This document shows, piece by piece, positions 13,706 through 26,799 of a stretch of DNA of 64,000 nt (within the stretch, counting starts at the first letter, position 1; every line of letters begins with the position of its first letter). The notes under the pieces were generated by a model. It worked only from the letters and a program-made list of their open reading frames with translations. It was not told where the DNA came from and searched no databases. Source of the DNA: Isurus oxyrinchus (lineage: Eukaryota); NCBI GenBank assembly GCA_026770705.1, contig JANJGN010000007.1, positions 109,678,001-109,742,000 on the forward strand, written 5' to 3'. A program made the translations under genes and the position numbers.

Positions 13706-14671
13706 CTATAAAACAAAGAAGAAATATCACAGTACCTGTTACATACCAGAAAAATAAAAGGACCAGATATTGGTTCCTCAATACTGACAAGGTTTGTCAT
13801 TTATTTCAGTGGTACAGGGGATCTGTCATATCTCTGAAGTCTGAATATACTTCAACATGAACTGGGCTTCTCACATGTATCAGTACTTAAAGAACCAGTT
13901 ATATAACTCAACATCAGGATTTATCAAGTACACTGGGGAAGAGGATGCAGACTGAGGCTGGGCCTCCAGTTGAGGTCTAATGAGGATGGGTATAAGGCAG
14001 CAGTCAGACTACAAGCATGGCAAACTATAGCATGGAGCGGGCAGAATCAGGCTGGGAGGGGGAAGGCTACCTGCAGAGTCAGGGTGGAGCAGAGATGCTG
14101 GTGTAAGATCAAAAGTGGACACACTGTTTTCATGGCTGTCAATGTGATTGGTCCCTGTTAATCACACTAGCTACAATACCACATGACTATCACAGACCAA
14201 ATGGCAAGGTCCAAAGGACACTCAAACATGATATGGTGCAGCCACATTTTCACAAAGTGATATGATTTTAAAAATATGAGATAGAAAATTTCCCCACCAT
14301 AACCCAACTGCTTTAAGCAAAAGCTTGAGCTTGCTTCCCATAAGGTCTGTAAAGTAACAAAATGTGTTTGGAGAGAAGCACCAATGTGTTATAGCAACAA
14401 TGCATGGTGCCGCTAAGCAAAGACAAAGGTGCTCAATTGTACAGAACTCATCATCCATACTGTTGTGAGGAATGAAAAAATAAAACGAGGGAGATCCATT
14501 ATAGAACCCTATAAATCAGCTGGCAGGACCTGTAATACCCATCTTCTTTGCATGTGGATGAAAAAAGGTTTGATAGGAATATTGAAAAAAGGTTTAATAT
14601 TTTTGCATTTACATGTTGTAGTGCAAATAATAGCTTTGTTTCCCTAAAACAAGAAAGTGTTGTGACATTCA

Positions 14672-15600
14672 CAGAACCACAGAATCATAGTGCAGAAGAG
14701 ACCCTTTGGCCCATTGAGTCTGCACCGACACGTGAGAAACACCTGACCTACCTACCGAATCCCATTTACCAGTGCTTGGCCCATAGCCTTGAATGTTATG
14801 ATGTGCCAAGTGCTCATCCAGATACTTTTTAAAGGATGTGAGGCAACCCGCCTCCACCACCCTCCCAAGCAGTGCATTCCAAACCATCACCACCCTCTGG
14901 GTAAAAAAGTTTTCCTCATATCCCCCTAAACCTCCTGCCCCTCATCTTGAACTTATGCCCCCTTGTGACTGACCCTTCAACTAAGGGGAACAGCTGCTCC
15001 CTATCCACCCTGTCCTTGCCCCTCATAATCTTGTACACCTCGATCAGGTCACCCCCTCAGTCTTCTCTGCTCCAACAAAAACAACCCAAGTCTATCTAAC
15101 CTCTCTTCATAACTTAAATGTTTCATCCCAGGCAACATCCTGGTGAATCTCCTCTGCACCCTCTCCAGTGCAATCACATCCTTCCTATAATGTGGCGACC
15201 AGAACTGCACACAGTACTCCAGCTGTGGCCTCACCAAAGTTCTATACAACTCCAATATGACCTCTCTACTTTTGTAATCAATGCCTCGATTGATATACTA
15301 AGTGTCCATATGCCTTTTTCACCACCCCACTAACATGCCTCTCTGCCTTCAGAGATCTATGGACACACACGCCAAGGTCCCTTTGTTCCCCAAAACTTCC
15401 TAGTGCCATGCCGTTCATTGAATACTTCCTTGTCAAATTACTCCTTCCAAAGTGTATCACCTCACACTTTTCAGGGTTAAATTCCATCTGCCACTTATCG
15501 GCCCATTTGACCATCCCGTCTATATCTTCCTGTAGCCCAAGACACTGTTAACCACCCGGCCAATCTTTGTGTCATCTGCCCAATCTTTGTGTCATCTGCA
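14672..15600 (-). mobile_element. Young 5'-truncated CR1 LINE
   Basis: ADDTKIG...WQMEFNPEKC...RPQLEYCVQFWSPHY; 3' tail near 14675; 20-bp tandem duplication (15560-15599) at the truncation point. Confidence 0.93.
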
Positions 15601-15782
15601 TTGCCATTCTCTTCTGGTTCCAGGTTTAGACTTCCTGGATTTTTTAGCATAATGAATTCCCTGCTGCATCTTCGCTGCAGTTGCGACTTCATGATGCATA
15701 CAGTCGGTTAACTGTGCCTTTAATCACTCCACAGTTCTAATATCCATAGGCTCCAATCTTCTGAGTTCAGAGAACCACCTAC

Positions 15783-15862
15783 CTCTTGTTGGCAGGTCCT
15801 CTTCTCTCCCATTTAATATCTGAGCTGTGTAAAGCCTCACAAACCATCTCAAACTTTTCTTT
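15783..15862 (-). CDS. OGFOD1: OGFOD1 exon 9 (80 nt)
   Basis: ttacgcag|KEKFEMVCEALHSSDIKWERRGPANK(R)|gtaggt. Confidence 0.94.
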
Positions 15863-16429
15863 CTGCGTAATTAGAGGAAATGTTAGTGTTATGGTTGCAC
15901 TCTGGAATGCCAACACAGCAAAGCTAAGTCAATTTGTATGGCAGATAGAAACAAACCATTTACTCCATCTAATAGTGCACAGCTCTTTTATTTGTTGGTA
16001 TCAACTGAATGCATATTACATAGCTGTATGGCTCACATACATCTTGGTGTCAGCTCCCTTGCATGTACAGTACACATCAAATAAAAAAAAATCACTCCAA
16101 TATGGGACCATGTAACATGTGCCTTGATGCTAAGTCTGCACCATTTACAGGTAAAAGGGAATAATGTGCTCCTAACACAGTGCAGCTTCAAGTCTCAGCG
16201 ACAAGTTCTGTACAAGCATGACGTAAGCTGATATATAAAAAGCTATAGCAGCCCGTTCACTAAAAGGTTTAGTGTAACATAAGTCAAGCACCACAAGATG
16301 CAAGACAAACTATTAGGTTTCCATGTTTCTTGCTAAGATCTAACCAGATTTTTCTAACCTTTTAGTACGAAGCCAATGATACAGATTGGATTTTTACCAG
16401 CACCTGTTTCTCATGCTGTGTGGCATGGT

Positions 16430-17550
16430 TTTAGGCAGAGTAAAGAATGGAGTGAAACAGGGCTGTGTCCTAGCCACCACATCTTCTTCTACATGTCTTC
16501 CCTCCAGTTACGAAAGAAGTCCACTTGCAACTAGGTCAGATGGTAATCTACAATCTATCAAGACTGAAAGAAAAGGCAAAAACAAATTGTACCTGATCAG
16601 GAAACTCTTCTACACTGATGATGCTGCACTAGTCGCCCACACAGAAACTCATCTACCAAGACTCATGGACTGCCTCTCCCACACCTGTAACTTGTTCTCC
16701 CTGACTATAAGCATGAAGAAAGCCATGGTCATGGGACAAGATATTGCATCTCCACCCCTGATCACACAAAATAAAACCCCACTGGAAGTGGTTAGCAAAT
16801 TCTGCTAACTTGGATCCACAGTGACAGGCAATCTGTTCCTTGGTGCAGAGCGCAATACACGCATAGGGAAAGCAGCTATCACTTTTGGCAAACTCACAAA
16901 ACATGCATGGGATAACACCAAGCTGACCCTTCAGACAAAGCCAAAATCTTATAAAGCCTATGTTCTCAGCACCTGTGAAGCACAAGTGACTTATGGTTAC
17001 CAGGAAAATAAGGTTAATAATTTCCATCTTTACTGTCAGCGGCAAAATTATGAATGCAACAGTCCTCTCAGAGGCAGAGCTCTGAGTGTGTTGACACTAT
17101 TCGAACAGAGGTAACTTCGATGGATCGAACACGTCCGCAGGATGAAAGACGGTCGCAAATCCAAGGACCTTCTGTACAATGAGGTGGCCAAAGCCAGACA
17201 ACTCATGGGCCATCCAAGTCTCCGCATCAAGCATGACATGAAGACCTTAAACATCGGCTATTGCATCTAGGAGTCAATAGCTAGTGAAAGATAGGATTGG
17301 CAATACCTACTGTGGGCTAGCATGTACCATCACGATGACCACTAGCTACAGCAGCTTGGCAACAAGCGCCAACACTAAAAACAACACTCTACAATGTCAC
17401 TTGGCAGCTTGACGTACAGCGCTTGGGTCAGAACCCTTGCCTCTCAAGGATTGGGCTTCATAGTCATGAGCAAAGGTGTGCCAAATGAAGACACTCGACT
17501 TAAATGGATTGTTTGCTGTGTGTCCATCATTCGTAAATGGAAGGATACCA
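16430..17550 (+). mobile_element. RTE-clade LINE, degenerate 3' part
   Basis: GVKQGCVLA, LFYTDDAALVAH, RIGKAAITFGKL, RWIEHVRRMKDGRKSKDLLY. Confidence 0.85.
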
Positions 17551-18096
17551 ACACAAATTTCTCAGGCAAACGTTTCAGGAGTTTTCACAAGCAGAAAACA
17601 AATTACAACCTAAAACCAGCATCTACTGCATAGCCCAGGACTAACAGTTAACCAACGATCATGCTAAGCTCCTGAAAATTAAGATGATCAGGCCACTTAC
17701 AGGAGTTCTTGATGGCACTATACTGACAAGGTGTCTATAACAGTATTAAATTAATAACAAGCTCACAGAACAGAAACCTTTTTAAAGTGTCATCTTTGTT
17801 AGAAGTGTAGCAAACTGCTCAATGTGCTGGTTATGATTTTGCCTGTTCTTCCACCTCTGGGAATCAGGTTATTTAGGTGAACTTTCGTATACAGTGTCTT
17901 TCATCATCTCAGAAAGTCCCAAAATGCCTTTCAACCAATGAAGTACTTTTGAATTGTACTCATTGTTATGAAGTGAAACTTGGCAGCCAATTTGCACACA
18001 GCAAGCTCCCAGAAACACCAATGAGGTAATGACAAGATAATCCGCCTTGTAATGCTGGTTAATGGATAAATTTTAGCCAGGGTTATCAAGAGAATT

Positions 18097-20563
18097 AAAA
18101 CAAAAAACAAAAAACTGCGGAGACAAAAAACAAAAAACCACCCTTGTCAGCGGGTTTCATGACGATGTCAGGGTTGGACCTGAGATAATGGAGTGCAGTA
18201 AGTGCAGCAAGAGAGAGATTACAATGGGTGAGAGGAACAGAGAAATTGAGACAAGTAATGTCGCACCGACAGTTCTCAATGAAAAGATCAAGGTGGAGCT
18301 GTTGTTGTCTGGCGCACTGACCTCTACCTCGCGGAGGCTGAGCGTCAACTCACAGACACTTCCTCCTACCTCTCCCTGGACCATGACCCCACCACTGAAC
18401 ATCAAGCCATTGTTTCCAGGACTGTCACTGACCTCATCTCCTCTGGTGATCTTCCTCCCACAGCTTCCAAACTGATAGTCGCCCAACCTTGGACGGCCCG
18501 CTTCTACCACCTACCCAAAATCCACAAACAGAACTGTCCCGGTAGACCGATCGTGTCAGCTTGCTCCTGCCCCACAGAACTCATTTCTCGTTATCTTGAC
18601 TCCCTTCTCTCTCCCCTTGTCCAGTCCCTTCCCACCTACATCCGTGATTCCTCTGACACCTTACGTCACATCAACAATTTCCAGTTCCCTGGCCCCAACC
18701 GCTTCCTCTTCACCATGGACGTCCAATCCCTCTACACCTCCATCCCCCACCGTGATGGTCTGAGGGCCCTTAGCTTCTTCCTCGAACAGAGGCCCGAACA
18801 ATCCCCATCCACTACTACTCTCCTCCGTCTGGCTGAACTTGTTCTCACATTGAACAATTTCTCCTTCAACTCCTCTCACTTCCTCCAAATAAAAGGTGTG
18901 GCTATGGGTACCCGCATGGGCCCCAGCTATGCCTGCCTCTTTATGGGGTATGTGGAACATTCCTTGTTCCAGTCCTACTCCGGCCCCCTTCCACAACTCT
19001 TTCTCCGGTACATCGATGATTACTTCGGTGCTGCTTCGTGCTCTCGTCGGGACTTGGAAAAATTTATTAATTTTGCTTCCAATCTCCACCCCTCCATCAT
19101 TTTCACGTGGTCCATCTCTGACACTTCCCTTCCCTTCCTTGACCTCGCTGTCTCAATCTCTGGTGATAGACTGCAAACCAATATCCATTACAAGCCTACT
19201 GACTCCCACAGCTACCTTGACTACAGCTCCTCACACCCCACTTCCTGTAAGTACTCCATCCCATTCTCTCAGTTCCTTCGCCTCCGTCACATCTGTTCCG
19301 ATGATGCTACCTTCAAAAACGGTTCCCCTGACGTCCTCCTTCTTCCTTAACTGAGGTTTTCCACCCACGGTCATTGACAGGGCCCTCAACCGTGTCCGGC
19401 CCATCTCCCGTGCATCCGCCCTCATGCCTTCTCCTCCCTCCCAGAAACATGATAGGGTCCCCCTTGTCCTCACTTATCACCCCACCAGCCTCCACATTCA
19501 AAGGATCATCATCCGCCATTTCCGCCAACTCCAGCATGATGCCACTACCAAACACATCTTCCCTTCACCCCCACTGTCGGCATTCCGTAGGGATCGTTCC
19601 CTCCTGGTCCACTCCTCCATCACCCCCTACTCCCCAACCCCCACTTATGGCACCACCCCATGCCCACGCAAAAGATGTAACACCTGCCCCTTCACTTCCA
19701 CTCTCCTCACCGTCCAAGGGCCCAAACACTCCTTTCAAGTGAAGCAACATTTCACTTGCATTTCCCCCAAATTAGTCTACTGCATTCGTTGCTCCCAATG
19801 CAGTCTCCTCTACATTGGAGAGACCAAACGTAAACTGGGCGACTGCTTTGCAGAACACATGCGGTCTGTCCGCAAGAATGACCCAAACCTCCCTGTCGCT
19901 TGCCATTTCAACACTCCACCCTGCTCTCTTGCTCACATGTCTGTCCTTGGCTTGCTGCACTGTTCCAGTGAAGCCCAACGCAAACTGGAGGAACAACACC
20001 TCATCTTCCGACTAGGCTATTTACAGCCTTTCGGACTGAATATTGAATTCAACAACTTTCGGTCTTGACCTCCCCCATCCATCCCCACCCCCTTTCTGTT
20101 TTTTCCCCCTTCCTTTTGTTTTTTTCCAATAAATTATATAGATTTTTCTTTTTCCCACCTATTTCCATTATTTAAAAATATTTTTAAATCTTTTATGCTC
20201 CCCCCACCCCCACTAGAGCTATACCTTGAGTGCCCTACCATCCATTCTTAATTAGCACATTCGTTTAGATAATATCACCAACTTTGACACCTATGTGTTC
20301 TTTTGTTCTGCTGTCTGTGACATCTTTTGATGATCTGCTTCTATCACTGCTTTTGCCTACAACCACACCACCCCCCTCCACTTCTCTTCCCCCACCCAAC
20401 TCCACCCCCCCACCACCTTAAACCAGCTTATATTTCACCCCTTCCTGGGATTTGCCTAGTTCTGTCGAAGGGTCATGAGTACTCGAAACATCAACTCTTT
20501 TCTTCTCCGCCGATGCTGCCAGACCTGCTGAGTTTTTCCAGGTAATTCTGTTTTTGTTTTTTA
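18097..20563 (+). mobile_element. Penelope-like retroelement (RT + GIY-YIG endonuclease), 5'-truncated with inversion, 12-bp TSD
   Basis: Frame open 18292-19350 with LPKIHK, GRPIVS, MDVQSLYTSI, GVAMGT and RYIDD; frameshift near 19333 plus TGA at 19352; then CxxxxCxxC, VYCIRC...YIGET to 20068; pLTR to 20563; TSD ATCAAGAGAATT at 18085-18096 and 20564-20575. Confidence 0.95.
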
Positions 20564-21363
20564 ATCAAGAGAATTCCTCTGTTCTTCTTGCATTCAATTG
20601 ACCAGGAAGATGGGCCCTTGATTTAATGTCTCATCTGTAAGATGGTATCTCTGCACACTGCAAAGCTCCATTAATACTGCACTGGACTATGAGCCTAGAT
20701 TATGTGCACATGTCTTGAAACTTTCTGACTCAGGTGAGAGTACCAAGAGTGAGCCAAGACTGACACTTTAAATACATCTGAGCACTAGTTTAAGTTGTGC
20801 AAAAATTTTGAGTATTGTGAATATTTCCACTTTTTGAATTGCCACGAGATGTATCCTTCTTTATTAAGGAGTTTAGCATGATCAGAAGAAATGAATGTTA
20901 GTCTAAGTTGGTTGGTCTTTAAGCTGAATCTAAACAGAATCTGAATTCTACCATATAACCCTGGAACAGGACTCTTCTCCTTTAAGTATCATGTCTATCA
21001 CAATCTGTCTGCCTTGATACATGGCTTCCAAATGTCAAGCTAGCTTTCAGTGTCTATGTTTCTTTTTTTTTCAATGTCTGACTCCAGTGGCAGCTTTTAG
21101 CCTAAACTAAAAAAGCCCTCTCTTTCCTCACTAGAGCTGAATCCACTATCATGCAGTATATCTGTATATGAAACATCACAAAAATATCAGCAGTGAATAG
21201 AAGTGGACACCTCTGCTGACACTTGTACAAAGAAATGGATTAACTTCATGGGCCTTCCCTTGGCAGTTCCCAATGAACCACACCATTTTCCTATTCATGT
21301 TCCACAAGCATTTTTTAAAGGGCTCTTGCCTTTCAACCGAATTAATCTCGACTGAGTTTTCAC

Positions 21364-21477
21364 CTTGAAAAAGTTCCTTAGAAGTATCTCTGATTTCTCC
21401 TCAAACTCATCCTGGACATGAACTTGAGTTGACACATCCAGGTAAGTTGGATTGATCCAGTCATAAAGAATTTCTTC
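21364..21477 (-). CDS. OGFOD1: OGFOD1 exon 8 (114 nt)
   Basis: tttcag|[38 protein letters not shown]|gtgaaa. Confidence 0.96.
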
Positions 21478-22067
21478 CTGAAACATAACAAAAGGAAGCA
21501 AATATGTTTCATCTAATTGGTATCACTGCAATACTAAGATCATCCCAAAGCATCAGCTTCCTGCTCTGTTCCAGCATAGCACTGGTTCTGTGCTCCAATT
21601 AGGTATTTAATCCTAAGATTTGGAATTCTCTGTCCTCTTATCTGTTCCTCTTCAATTAAGATGTTTCTTAAAATCTCCCTCTTTGACTGAGATCCTGATC
21701 ACTTGTCTTAATATCTCATTATACAGCTTAGGGTTGAATTTTGTTTTGTAATGTTCCTGTGAAGCACCTTGCAGCATTTTATTATGTTAAAGGTGCTATA
21801 TGAATGGAAGTTCTTGCTACTGGATGTTCTTTCTGCCACTACATGACAGCCTCCTGCTAACTTCAGAAATGTTCTCACTTAAAAACAACTAAATAACACA
21901 GCAAAATGACAATGTGGTATGAAAAGTATTTTAATTATCTGATAATTAGACTGTATCCTGTTATTGGAATAATGTACTAGATTTAATGGAAACGACCGGG
22001 GTCCCACCCACCGGCTGGACAGCCGGTGAGAACCCAGCTTTAGCACCATGTTCTTTTTAAAAAAATT

Positions 22068-22572
22068 AATTTATGGGATGTAGGCCTTGCTGGCTAGGCG
22101 AGCATTTATTGCCCATCCCTAATTGCCCTTGAGAAGGTGGTGGTGAGTTGGCTTCTTGAGCCCTTGCAGTCCATGAGGTGTAGGTACACTCACAGTGCTG
22201 TTCGGGAGGGAGTTCCAGGATTTTGACCCAGCAACAGTGAAGGAACGGTGATATATTCCAAATCAGGATGGTGAGTGGCTTGGGGGGGGAACTTCCAGGT
22301 TGTGGTGTTCCCATGTATCTGCTGCCCTTGTCCTTCTAGATGGTAGAGGTCATGGGTTTGGAAGGTGCTGCCTAAGGAGTCTTGATGAGCTTCTGCAATG
22401 CACCTTTTAGATGGTATTCACTGCTGCCACCGTGCATTGGTGGTAGAGGAAGTGGATGTTGGAGCTGGTGGATGGGGTGCCAATCAGACAGGCTGCTTTG
22501 TCCTGGATGGTGTCAAGCTTGTTGAGTGTTGTTGAAGCTGTACTCATCCAGGCAGTTGGAGAATATTCCACT
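22068..22572 (-). mobile_element. LINE 3' end (tail partner of the tRNA-SINE)
   Basis: EYSPTAWMSTASTTLNKLDTIQDKAACLI is the post-RT region of an L2/CR1-group ORF2; other tails at 12843-12990 (-) and 39058-39345 (+). Confidence 0.75.
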
Positions 22573-23279
22573 GGCAGTGGGTGGTGGCATAGTGGTATTG
22601 TCATTGGACAAGTATTACAGAAACCCAGGATAATGCTTTGGATCACCCCAGGAGTAGGGTGTGGTGTAATGGCAGAACAAACATCCAATCCAGCAACAGT
22701 GGGATGAGGCCCTTAAGTGGCAGGGGCAGGAACACCAGCCACAAGCCTTCCCTCCACAGACTTAATCTAGGTGGATACAGGAAGAAAGGGGGTCCCCACC
22801 GGGTCCCCACCCACCCAGGGGTCCCCACCCATCCATCACCTTGCTGCCCAATTAAATGCCCCCCCCCCCACAAAATTCGCCATGGGGAATTGCAGCCAAT
22901 GATGCAATGGCTTTTTGTATTGGAAGTTGGATACTACACCACGTTGCACTCAGTTGCTGGTTGCAGCTCACGGAATGGTATAGGCAGAGACCTGTGAGTA
23001 GGCTAATGGTTAGGATGCAGTTGTTGGAGACCGTTTAGTCATGGAAAAATCTGGTACAGGGATTCCATTTCCTTTGTTAGCAAAAAGAGTTACATTAAAT
23101 AGTAAAACATAGTATTTAATAGCGCTTTATGTGGTGGAGATCCTCAGTGAATCTTCAAATTATAAATTTAATGCAAAAATCAACAAGCACCCTTCAATCA
23201 TATCTGAAACATTCCTACTAGCTCAGGATAAGGCTGTATCACAAGCTCAAAAATTGGAACTTGCATTGCAATTCACCAG

Positions 23280-23790
23280 AAGATTGTTTGGTTTATAGGG
23301 TTAAATTATGAGGACAGGTTGTATAAATATGTCTTATATTCCCTAGTACATACAAGATTGAAGGGTGATCCAATTGAGATGCTTGAAATGTTAAGTGGAC
23401 TGAATAGGTTTGATACAGAGCTAGTATCGCCTCTGGTGAGGGAAATCAAGAATCGCGTTGGAGGTGGAGGGTGTGCTGGGGGCATAACCTTAAAATTCGA
23501 GCTAGTCTATTTAGCAAGGAAATCAGGGAGCAGTTTTTCACACAAAGGACAGTGGAATTCTGGAACTCCCCACCAAAAGGATGTGGATGATGGGTTAATT
23601 GGAATTTTAAAGACAGGGATATGTTTTTGTTAGATAAGGGTACCAAGTGATATAGGGCCATGAGGGGCACCTGGGGACATTTTATTATATTAAAGATACT
23701 ATATAAATACAAATTGTTGTTGTTATTGTTATGAATTATTGAAATGGCAGACCAGGCTCGAGAGGATAAATGACCTATTCTTGTTCCTTT
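23280..23790 (+). mobile_element. Old CR1 3' fragment
   Basis: RLKGDPIE...FSHKGQWNS-like remnant and 3' UTR. Confidence 0.65.
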
Positions 23791-24270
23791 TTTTTTAGAA
23801 ATATTTTTGGCGAATTTTACATTGATTTGAGCAGTTTGGATAACCATTGTTATTATCAAGCACTCATAGATAAGGTATAACACAGGTTAGACACAGAGCA
23901 AAACTTCCCGTACTCTGGCCAACAACAAACCTCAGCCCCAGAAGATGAACCCCTACCACATCAGTTATGATATTTTCCATTTCCAATGTCAGCCACTTTT
24001 GAGGCCTTTCTAACAAATGACAATTGCCAAATGATGGGTACGTTGATACAGTGGTTTACGCCCAAGATCATTTCATATGTTAAACAGCTGAAGAGGAGAC
24101 CTTTCTCATCCCATCTGTCTTGTACTGGATTGAAATCCAAGTTTCGGAGGTGAAATAGTAATACAAGATTTCACAACAGCACTGAGTTCCCATCCCCAAA
24201 AGCGTACTATTTTAATCAGGGTGAAACTTTAGTGTGCTGATTGTAGCTAAGATGTAGAATCTGAACTTAC

Positions 24271-24399
24271 ATCACTTGCAATATGTGGGTGTCGGGGAGA
24301 AAGAGATTCGATGTAACGAGGTGGCCTCTCCAATGATGACCCATGGAACCAACCGCTGACAGAAAGGCGGCACTTTCCCTCTGACAGAACTTCAGAAAC
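24271..24399 (-). CDS. OGFOD1: OGFOD1 exon 7 (129 nt), 2OG-binding RxS
   Basis: tatccag|[43 protein letters not shown]|gtaagt. Confidence 0.96.
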
Positions 24400-25277
24400 C
24401 TGGATAGGTAAAATATGCAGAGCGGCATTAAGCATTGGATTCAGTCAGACATGTTATGCACTGCACTGAGAACAAGTTATTTGCTGCTTTATTAAATCAC
24501 ATTTCAACAATGAATGCTTTTATAAATAGCAAACTTCACCTTGTAATGAAAAAAACAATAGCAATTCCTAATATACCCTGCTACAAGGCACAGAAACCAA
24601 ACCAGTGAACAAGGTGTAGATCCCATCTAATTTTTCAGTTCCATTTACAGAATAGATGCGTTCCAATGGGCCAAGTAATGGAATGGTGTAACCTCCAACA
24701 GCCATTAAACAGGGGTCGAAGTGGAGGTGGTGCAAAAGGAGCTGAAAGTGAGAAGGGCAACCCTGCTTTCCACTCCAAGGTCCCCTTCCCCAAGTTAGAA
24801 TTGCAACATGTCTTGAAAGAGGCAACACATTTGAGTGCACAGTTAACCAGTAGCAGTTCCAAATACTAAACGCTAGACTTCAGCTTCAGCATCTTTGCAA
24901 CAGATGGCACAGCTCTGCATCTGGACCCAGAGCCTACATCATCAGTTCTACACAATTATTGCCAGGCAAAGGATGTTGCTCTGTCCATAAATGCAGATCA
25001 ATACAGACTGCCTCAGGTGCAGCTGTACCTGCCTATCATTCTTAATTCACGCTTTTTTCACATAAGTAAAGAGGGATTCACACTGGAAAACCCACAGTCA
25101 TAATGTTATGGACATACAAAAAAACTTAGCAATGCCAGATCACTTGGCAGAAAACATCGTGACCAAATAAGCGGAAACAAGAGCTAAATAGTCTCTATAT
25201 TATTCTGCATAACTTCATCGTTCACGTGCCACAAGTTGTTATCACTCAGCTTATCCTGAATTTTGTCACATCAGTAC

Positions 25278-25369
25278 CTGATGGTGAGACACAGGGGAAA
25301 CCTCAAAGAAAACTAATGTGTTCCATGACGGAGTTAGAGACTTGGCGATTTGCTGAGGCTGATAATGTT
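25278..25369 (-). CDS. OGFOD1: OGFOD1 exon 6 (92 nt), distal His
   Basis: ttttacag|[31 protein letters not shown]|gtactg. Confidence 0.96.
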
Positions 25370-26238
25370 CTGTAAAAGACAATTAATTTAGTTACATAAT
25401 CATAAATCTAAATTTCCAGGGTCATGCATGCAGGGTAAATTTATTTAATTGCTAGTTATAAAAGGCAATATAATTTTGCACCCACTTCACATTAGAATCA
25501 TCAAATTAAAGTCTCCATCCATCCCCCACTTCCAAATCTGCCTTAACTTGAACTAGAGATTGCAAGTGAAAGAAAAGAAATCTAACCCACTGCATCATCT
25601 AGTTCTGCATCAGGCAGTGGAAATTTTCAGCCACAATGCAGAACTGAGATTCAAGTTGGATTTCAAGTCATTGTCAGAGTTCTCATCAAGTTTTTCACCC
25701 ATCCGACATTCAAAAGAGCAGACCTTAATCTTTGAAACCTCAGCTGGGTTAATAGGAGAAGGCCAGAACTAAAAAAAGGTTTTTTGACACAATTCCATGC
25801 ATAATAGACAGCAGCATTCTAATTTTCCACATGAGACTCCTTACTTATAATGACCAGCCTATGTTTCCTCATTTTAATTTGGCCTGTCACAATAGTAATT
25901 TTAATTCTGAGTTCCACCATTAGAAACTGAAGCCTGCTAGGTCCATTTACCCTGCTGTAGCCTTGCTGTCCGTAAACACCAAAATCCTACCAACAGCATT
26001 AAGGCGCAGTGCTAGCATGTACATGGAAGTACTGTGTTAACACAATGGTTATGCCCAGTATCCAGCATTGTACCAGGATATTCATAATGTCAATTGTATT
26101 TAATTGTGACTTCAAGTTTGACACAAAACTAATGTCCACAACTATGCTGAGTGTCAGATTAACAAATCCCAGGTGGAAGCACTAATTAGTCAGGGCTAAA
26201 GCTGGTACATGCAATTATCTTTAGTTAATCCTACTCAC

Positions 26239-26355
26239 CATCTGCACCATAAAGGTCCAAAGTGCCACCGTCACTTGTTCTCCACTCAGGAACAAGATAC
26301 AGGATGAATGCTATTCTCCGTCCTTCTAACTCATCATCGTGACAGAGCAACACAT
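26239..26355 (-). CDS. OGFOD1: OGFOD1 exon 5 (117 nt), Fe(II)-binding HxD
   Basis: gttgcag|[39 protein letters not shown]|gtgagt; LLCHDD is the 2OG-Fe(II) oxygenase HxD motif. Confidence 0.97.
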
Positions 26356-26799
26356 CTGCAACAGCATCAGACTTAAATATCAGCACAGCTTGAGCATTTC
26401 ATTTTCAGTTTAACAATTTTGACTGATGTGCTTATGGATTTTTGTAAAAATGTGTTCCTCTGGGGCTCTGCTGATGGCTTAGTGAGTAACATCCAACATC
26501 CTGTACACCAAGCAACACAGGCCAGGAAGGTTCTAGATTCCATCACTGATCTGCATTGACTTTGCTGATCCGAGCAATCATTGCTGTAGGAAGACTACAA
26601 CAAATTGTCCTCATCCAATTCAATGGCGATGCTGCAGAGTGCACACGCGATAGCAGTCTGCAATCATCTGTGATGGCTCCATGGTCAAATATCCTGTTAA
26701 TACTAGACATCCTATTTCATGTGAAGGAGCTTTGTGCAAAACAATGGACAGTTGTCAGCACCTGTGGAACACAATTGGCAGGGTGAAGAATGCTTCTTA

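Noticed and set aside
18553-19350. Telomerase or retron/bacterial reverse transcriptase
   Set aside because: It is followed by a GIY-YIG endonuclease, a pLTR and a TSD, which is diagnostic of a Penelope-like element
22790-22829. Three GGGTCCCCACC copies as a regulatory cluster
   Set aside because: They lie inside a degenerate transposon fragment, and local slippage explains them
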